This document shows, in pieces, positions 58,926-64,000 of a stretch of DNA of 64,000 bases; position 1 is the first letter of the stretch, and every line of letters begins with the position of its first letter. A program made the position numbers and the translations under genes. The notes under the pieces are model-generated. The model saw only the letters and a program-made list of their open reading frames with translations, did not search any database and was not told where the DNA came from. The DNA is from an uncultured Pseudomonadota bacterium (GTDB lineage Bacteria; Oederibacteriota; Muellerivitia; Muellerivitales; Muellerivitaceae): contig CAVYRH010000026.1 in NCBI GenBank assembly GCA_963770835.1, positions 608,001 through 672,000 on the forward strand, read 5' to 3'.

Positions 58926-60659
58926 TACAATTACGATTCAAGGGACAGGATGACGGCCAAACAAGGCCCCGAGGGCACTCTTTCCTACACCTACTACAAC
59001 CACGGGGAATTGGAGAGCGTTAAATCCTCTATTACCAACGGCACTAACGTCAGTTACACATACGACTCCCTGAACCGGCTGACGACGGTGAATGACACCC
59101 ATTGGACCGGGAATACAAGTTACACCTACGACCCCTTCGGCAACCTGGCTTCCGTCAACAAGCCCAACGGCGAATCGGTGACTTACACCTATGACGTTTT
59201 GAACCGCCTGAACAGCATGGCGGCCACGGTCAACGGTTCGTCCATTCGTTCCTACACCTACACTTTGGGCCCGAATGGCAACAGGACAAATGTGGCCGAG
59301 CTCTCCAACCGGGCCGTGACCTACACCTACGACGACTTATATCGTCTCACGGGGGAAATTGTATCGAGTGACCCGGCGACCCAGAATATCGGGGCCATCA
59401 GCTACCAGTATGACGCCGTAGGGAACCGCACTAACAGGACTTCCGGCATCACGGCCATTTCCAGCCAAAACTCCCTTTCCTATGACTCGGATGACCGCCT
59501 AACCAATAGCGGTTACGTCTATGACAACAACGGAAGCACCACGACCGACCCCAACGGAACCTATGTTTACGACTCTTTGGGCCGGATGACCCAGGCTACG
59601 GTGGGGAGTAGCTTAACCGCTTATACCTACGACGGGGACGGAAACAAGGTCCAACAGGTTGTGAATAACGGCTCGGGGGCTGTAACCACCAGCTACCTGG
59701 TGGATTCCACTAACCCAACCGGCTATGCCCAGGTTCTTGAGGAAAACCAAGGGAGTGGAGTGAATTTGGTCTATACCTATGGGACCAGCCGTATCAGCGA
59801 AGACCAGTACAACGGGGCGAGTTGGATGCTTTCATATTACGGCTATGACGGTCAGGGTTCAGTGAGGTATTTGACCGACTCAACTGGAACCATTACAGAT
59901 ACCTATGACTACGATGCCTTTGGGACGCTTATAAACCAAACTCATTTGGGCACGCCTACCCCGAATGAGTTTTTCTACGATGCCGAGCAACTAGACCCCA
60001 ACACTGGCTTCGTAAATCTCAGAGCCCGCTGGATGAATCCGGGCATTGGGAGATTCCAGACGATGGATAGTTTTGAAGGCGACCAGGAAGACCCACCTTC
60101 ACTTCATAAATACTATTTTACTTCAAATAATCCAATAAACGAAGTTGATCCTACCGGACATGACTCAAAAGATTATTGGCCTCCAGACATAGTAGACGCT
60201 GTTTATGAAAAATATAGAGGCGGAATTCTTACTGATGAAGAAGTTGCAGATATTATTTACGGTGAAATAAGAGGATTAAAGTCAACACCGCAAGCCGACA
60301 TAATAAGTGGTTATGATGCGGAGGCGCATGTGATATTCAACCAAGATTGGGCGCTTTTAGATAAAAAAATAACAGAGAGACCGGCTGAGGCTCCAGTTAT
60401 CCCTCCCGTTTTTGGAGATGATGATGAAAAAAACATTTACACCAAAATGGTGGTTGCAGTTGAATTCGCAAGAAGTGAAGAAGATCCTACTTTAGGCGCT
60501 CTTCATTTTAATAATAATCGCACGAAAGTTGACAATAGCCCACATGCAATATTTGGATGGCTGACTTTTGCTCAATTTGGCCCATTTTTGTTAGAACACA
60601 GAAACAATAAGAATGTTGTAACGAGCACAGAATTTCGTTACATAACTTGTTTCCAGTAA
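58926..60659 (+). CDS. Orphan (5'-truncated) Rhs/YD-repeat toxin with SleB-like C-terminal domain
   Basis: YD repeats starting YNYDSRDRM at 58926; core GRFQTMD..NPINEVDPTG; AT-rich CT with IIYGEIRG and DPTLGALHF. Confidence 0.85.
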   Translation, partial: YNYDSRDRMTAKQGPEGTLSYTYYNHGELESVKSSITNGTNVSYTYDSLNRLTTVNDTHWTGNTSYTYDPFGNLASVNKPNGESVTYTYDVLNRLNSMAATVNGSSIRSYTYTLGPNGNRTNVAELSNRAVTYTYDDLYRLTGEIVSSDPATQNIGAISYQYDAVGNRTNRTSGITAISSQNSLSYDSDDRLTNSGYVYDNNGSTTTDPNGTYVYDSLGRMTQATVGSSLTAYTYDGDGNKVQQVVNNGSGAVTTSYLVDSTNPTGYAQVLEENQGSGVNLVYTYGTSRISEDQYNGASWMLSYYGYDGQGSVRYLTDSTGTITDTYDYDAFGTLINQTHLGTPTPNEFFYDAEQLDPNTGFVNLRARWMNPGIGRFQTMDSFEGDQEDPPSLHKYYFTSNNPINEVDPTGHDSKDYWPPDIVDAVYEKYRGGILTDEEVADIIYGEIRGLKSTPQADIISGYDAEAHVIFNQDWALLDKKITERPAEAPVIPPVFGDDDEKNIYTKMVVAVEFARSEEDPTLGALHFNNNRTKVDNSPHAIFGWLTFAQFGPFLLEHRNNKNVVTSTEFRYITCFQ

Positions 60660-60678
60660 CTTTGAAAAGGATTAGTGC

Positions 60679-61593
60679 TTGAAAAAAACTATATTATTTT
60701 TGATTTTAGGTAGTGGGATTGCATATTCACAAAATTCGTTGAATTCGGCACCATTGAATTCTTCAAATCTTTCTCAATCTGGTTTTTCATTTTTGAATAA
60801 AGCTATTGAAAGAAACGACAACGATATTGATATCAAGTTAAGTCTTGAAGGCAAAAAAAATGACATTCCCCAAAAAGTGAAACTTTTGATTCAGGAAGAA
60901 ATAAAACCTGAATCCGTAAACCAACAAGGTGGTGGTAATGGTCCGACAAAAAAAGACTCTTCTTATCTAAAGAATTTCGGCCCGGTTTATCTTATTAAAG
61001 CTCCAAACGGTCTTGCGGTTTATGTTCTTATGGATCATACGGATATGGCTTATGGTGGGTGGAGCTATGGTTTGATTCTTTATGATCCTAAAGCGGATCA
61101 GGCCGGAACAAAAATTGAATGGATTTCCGGAAAATGGTTTCAAGGTCTTTCAAAAGATTTGAAATTATTCGACAAAGACCAATCGCTTAAAAAGCCTTTA
61201 ATCGCATTTCAAAAAAATGTATTCGATGATTCAAGCGAGTTGGTTGCAGAAGAATATGTCCATAATGGAAATACAACTAGCGGTGCTGTTTATCATTATT
61301 TTTTTATTGGAACCGATTTGTCTCTAAAAGAAATTCTTGAGCTGGAAGCAAGATTAAATGATGCAGAAGATCAAGATTATTGGTTTGTTCGAAAAATTGT
61401 CGGAAGAAAAAAGAATGAACTTACTATTGAAGTGACATTAGAAAAAAAAGGTGAAAAGTCCGTTGTCGTTGGTTCTTTATTGATGAAAAGTAACGGCGCT
61501 GGCTCACCATTTGAAATTGTGAATAAAATTTTAAAGAATAAACAATATAAAAACTTTTTGTATGCATCTGATGACGATGACTATTCACGTTAA
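60679..61593 (+). CDS. Exported low-GC protein, candidate Rhs immunity
   Basis: Starts 19 bp after the Rhs stop, same AT-rich composition, signal peptide AYS-Q. Confidence 0.65.
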   Translation: MKKTILFLILGSGIAYSQNSLNSAPLNSSNLSQSGFSFLNKAIERNDNDIDIKLSLEGKKNDIPQKVKLLIQEEIKPESVNQQGGGNGPTKKDSSYLKNFGPVYLIKAPNGLAVYVLMDHTDMAYGGWSYGLILYDPKADQAGTKIEWISGKWFQGLSKDLKLFDKDQSLKKPLIAFQKNVFDDSSELVAEEYVHNGNTTSGAVYHYFFIGTDLSLKEILELEARLNDAEDQDYWFVRKIVGRKKNELTIEVTLEKKGEKSVVVGSLLMKSNGAGSPFEIVNKILKNKQYKNFLYASDDDDYSR

Positions 61594-61635
61594 GTGTAAT
61601 GCTTCTAGCCTTATGGTGCAAAAATTGCGTCGGGG

Positions 61636-62700
61636 TCATGTGGCGTTCCTGTAGTAGAAGTTGAGAAGGCCGCCTAAGCGTTGGCGGCGTTGGACTTTAC
61701 CTTTGGGACTGCCTCTTGACAGTTCCGGGGCTGGGAAAGGGATGGCTTTTAGGCCTTGGTGGGGCCTCTCGGTGTGGAAATGGGCAATATATTCCCTCAA
61801 GGCGTTGCGAAGCATGGGTTCACCCATGATGATGAGGCCGGAAAGGCACTCCTCCTTAACCGACCTCACCCACCGCTCGGCATAGGCGTTGAGGTTGGGG
61901 CTCCGGAAGGGGAGCATGAGGGTTTTGATCCCCTCGTTTTGGAGGATTCGCCGGAAGGCAGGGCAGAATTGGCCGCCCCTGTCGTGCAAGAGGATATCGC
62001 CCTTTTTGAGGAATCCCCATTCGGGCATGGTGAGGTTCTTGGCGATTTGGACCATCCAGCGCATGTCGGGGTTTGTGGTGATGCCCGCCAGGTGGACTTC
62101 GCGGGTCTTTTGGCGGATGAAGAACAAGACGTAGTAAGTGACAAGGCCGAAAGGGGTGAGGACTTCCCAAGTGAAGAAGTCGGTCCCAACCAGGGCTTCC
62201 CAATGGGTCTTGGTGAATTCGGCCCAGGACATGCCTTTTTTTCTTTCGGGCGAGGGAGTGAGGCCGTTTCGTTCCAGGATGTTTTTGACGGTATTTCGGC
62301 AGACGGTGAACCCGTTTTCTTTCAGGGTGTCCCGGAGGCGGGTGAAACCCCAGCCCTTGTTTTCTTGGGCCCATTGGACGATGAAGTTTTCGATTTGGGC
62401 CTTGGTTTTGGGCCTTCCGGGGCCCCGGTTCTCGGAATAGTCCCATTTGGCCCGGACGGCTTCCCGGTACCAGCGAAAGAGGGTGTCGGGTGTGGCCAGG
62501 GTGGTAATTCCTTTCAAGGCTTTCCGGCCCAAGGCCTTGGCGGCTCGGGCAATTCTGGCTTTTTGGGCTTGGGTGAAGCGTAATTTGCCGGGTAACTGGG
62601 AGCGTAGGGCGTCCAGTTGGGATTCGTAGATTTCGATAAGCTTTCGGCGGTCAGGGTCAAGCAGTGCGCATAAAAGCACCAGGAAGAGAGAGAAGTTCAT
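61636..62700 (-). CDS. Integrase-core (DDE) transposase
   Basis: GPGRP HTH region, GTDFFT, LLHDRG, NLNAYAERWVRSVKEECL, ERPHQGL, RLGGLLNFY. Confidence 0.9.
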   Translation of the reverse strand: MNFSLFLVLLCALLDPDRRKLIEIYESQLDALRSQLPGKLRFTQAQKARIARAAKALGRKALKGITTLATPDTLFRWYREAVRAKWDYSENRGPGRPKTKAQIENFIVQWAQENKGWGFTRLRDTLKENGFTVCRNTVKNILERNGLTPSPERKKGMSWAEFTKTHWEALVGTDFFTWEVLTPFGLVTYYVLFFIRQKTREVHLAGITTNPDMRWMVQIAKNLTMPEWGFLKKGDILLHDRGGQFCPAFRRILQNEGIKTLMLPFRSPNLNAYAERWVRSVKEECLSGLIIMGEPMLRNALREYIAHFHTERPHQGLKAIPFPAPELSRGSPKGKVQRRQRLGGLLNFYYRNAT

Positions 62701-62810
62701 CTTGTCGTTCCTTTAATTGAGGGAAATATCTGGGGTCGGAGCAGCTTAAAGCTTACGCTCAAGGACACGATGAAACCGATGGCGTTTTACCGCTGAATGA
62801 GGAGGTGGTT

Positions 62811-63149
62811 ATGAAAAAGTTAAAGTTGGTTCTATCGTTGATGGTGGCCCAAGGCGCGGCCTTCGCCGCACCCCAACCCACCCCCGTGTCGGGCCATTTC
62901 ATCGCCAAAACCCCCATGGACAAGCTGACCATCCGCCTTCGGCAACAGAATATCCAAATCGAACGGGAAACGAAGACGGAGAAGCTGACCAAGGCCCAGG
63001 CCAAGACCCTCAAGGGCCAAGTGGAGGCGATCCGCAAAGCTGAAATCACCGACCTCAAAGCGAACAACTCTAAAACCCTCACTGATGCCCAGGTCGCCGC
63101 TTTGAACGAACAGCTTAATACCATCTCCAAGTCCATCCCCATTAAGTAA
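62811..63149 (+). CDS. Small secreted helical protein
   Basis: Signal AFA-A; RBS AGGAGG. Confidence 0.75.
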   Translation: MKKLKLVLSLMVAQGAAFAAPQPTPVSGHFIAKTPMDKLTIRLRQQNIQIERETKTEKLTKAQAKTLKGQVEAIRKAEITDLKANNSKTLTDAQVAALNEQLNTISKSIPIK

Positions 63150-63222
63150 GCGGAGTCTCGTTAAATTTCTTTGTGTTAAAATTGCCCAAGGAAATTAATT
63201 TATTTTATTTAAGGGAGGCTTT

Positions 63223-63522
63223 ATGAAATGCGCCAAATGCAAAGAGGAAGCGCCGCTTTATCCCGTGACGTTCCGGCAGAACATCGGCCTCATCATCATG
63301 CACATCTATAAAAGCTATAGCGGGGCCTTTTGCAAAAAATGCGCGAACTCCACTTTCTGGTCCACGTTCTTCACCAACCTTTTCCTGGGCTGGTGGGGGA
63401 TCAAATCCTTCTTCTACACTTTTTATTACATGGTCACGAACATCGCGCTGTTCATCAAGTTGGGGAACATGGAACCCATCGCTGAAAGTTCCGCTTCGCC
63501 TTCCCCGCTCGTCCGGGAATAA
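63223..63522 (+). CDS. Small membrane protein with CxxC..CxxC
   Basis: MKCAKC..FCKKC..LGWWG; RBS GGAGG. Confidence 0.7.
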   Translation: MKCAKCKEEAPLYPVTFRQNIGLIIMHIYKSYSGAFCKKCANSTFWSTFFTNLFLGWWGIKSFFYTFYYMVTNIALFIKLGNMEPIAESSASPSPLVRE

Positions 63523-63543
63523 AAAACCCCGCGGCGCCCCTCG

Positions 63544-63589
63544 TTGACAAGCCTCCAAAAGAGTACTACATTGTATATACATCGTACTC
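63544..63589 (+). promoter_or_regulatory. Sigma70 promoter with overlapping palindromic operator
   Basis: TTGACA-17-TACATT; GAGTAC..TGTATATACA..GTACTC. Confidence 0.7.
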
Positions 63590-63601
63590 ACGGAGGAAAC
63601 C

Positions 63602-63829
63602 ATGATCAAGAAACTCAGCAAGCACGGCAACAGCTACGCCCTGGTGATCGACCGCAGCATCATGGACCTGTTGAACATCAATGAAAAGTCAGCCCTTTAC
63701 GTGACCACCGACGGGCGAAACCTGGTCATCTCCCCCGCCGAAGACCGCAACAAGAGGACTAAGTTCGAGGATGCGGTGGCGAAGTCTTTCAAGAAATTCC
63801 CGCGCATGTACAAAAAATTGGCGGGGTAA
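63602..63829 (+). CDS. AbrB/MazE-type antitoxin
   Basis: KKLSKHGNSYALVID..LVISP..KKLA. Confidence 0.88.
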   Translation: MIKKLSKHGNSYALVIDRSIMDLLNINEKSALYVTTDGRNLVISPAEDRNKRTKFEDAVAKSFKKFPRMYKKLAG

Positions 63830-64000
63830 ATGGAAAGCCCCGTTTTTTTAACCTTGGAGCAAGTCCTTTACATCCACAACGAGCAAATTCGCCGCTTGGG
63901 GGGAAGCGCCGGCATCCGGGATCAAGGCCTCTTGGAATCGGCCCTGGCGATGCCGCAGGCGCAGTTTGGCGGGCAATTTCTTCACCACGACCTGTTTGAG
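63830..64000 (+). CDS. doc: Doc/Fic-family toxin, runs off the window
   Basis: FLTLEQVLYIH..GGSAGIRDQGLLESALAMP. Confidence 0.88.
   Translation, partial: MESPVFLTLEQVLYIHNEQIRRLGGSAGIRDQGLLESALAMPQAQFGGQFLHHDLFE

Noticed and set aside
61756..62583. 275-aa plus-strand ORF
   Set aside because: Antisense shadow of the transposase

Overview
GC-rich bacterial window that is mostly accessory DNA. It opens in the 3' end of a class II ribonucleotide reductase gene (nrdJ). The last 80-100 bp of that gene recur twice downstream, bracketing stacked toxin-antitoxin cassettes. From about 4.5 to 27.7 kb there is an array of mostly co-oriented secreted, lipoprotein and TPR genes. Many of them are closed by a copy of one oriented hairpin repeat (core CCGGGTTCTTTTGTTTTTACCGC, 9 clear copies including one at 36.5 kb), which may be the decayed tail plus terminator of another host gene. 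No site-specific integrase lies next to either repeat set. Inside the array is a group II intron (8734-12240) whose RT gene is split at codon 8 by an IS110/IS1111-type element, and that element's 3' non-coding region shows readable bridge-RNA-like target and donor guides. The middle of the window has Pro/Thr-rich surface proteins, a sigma54 regulator with a matching promoter, an MFS gene with a probable CTG start, a thiol-redox cluster, GH12, an ECF/anti-sigma pair, a desaturase, AKR and ROK genes. The right end has an inverted-repeat-bounded RAYT element abutting an orphan Rhs toxin (SleB-like C-terminus) plus candidate immunity gene, an integrase-core transposase and an AbrB/Doc pair. No rRNA, tRNA or CRISPR array was seen. 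All family calls come from motifs recognised by eye, not from database searches.
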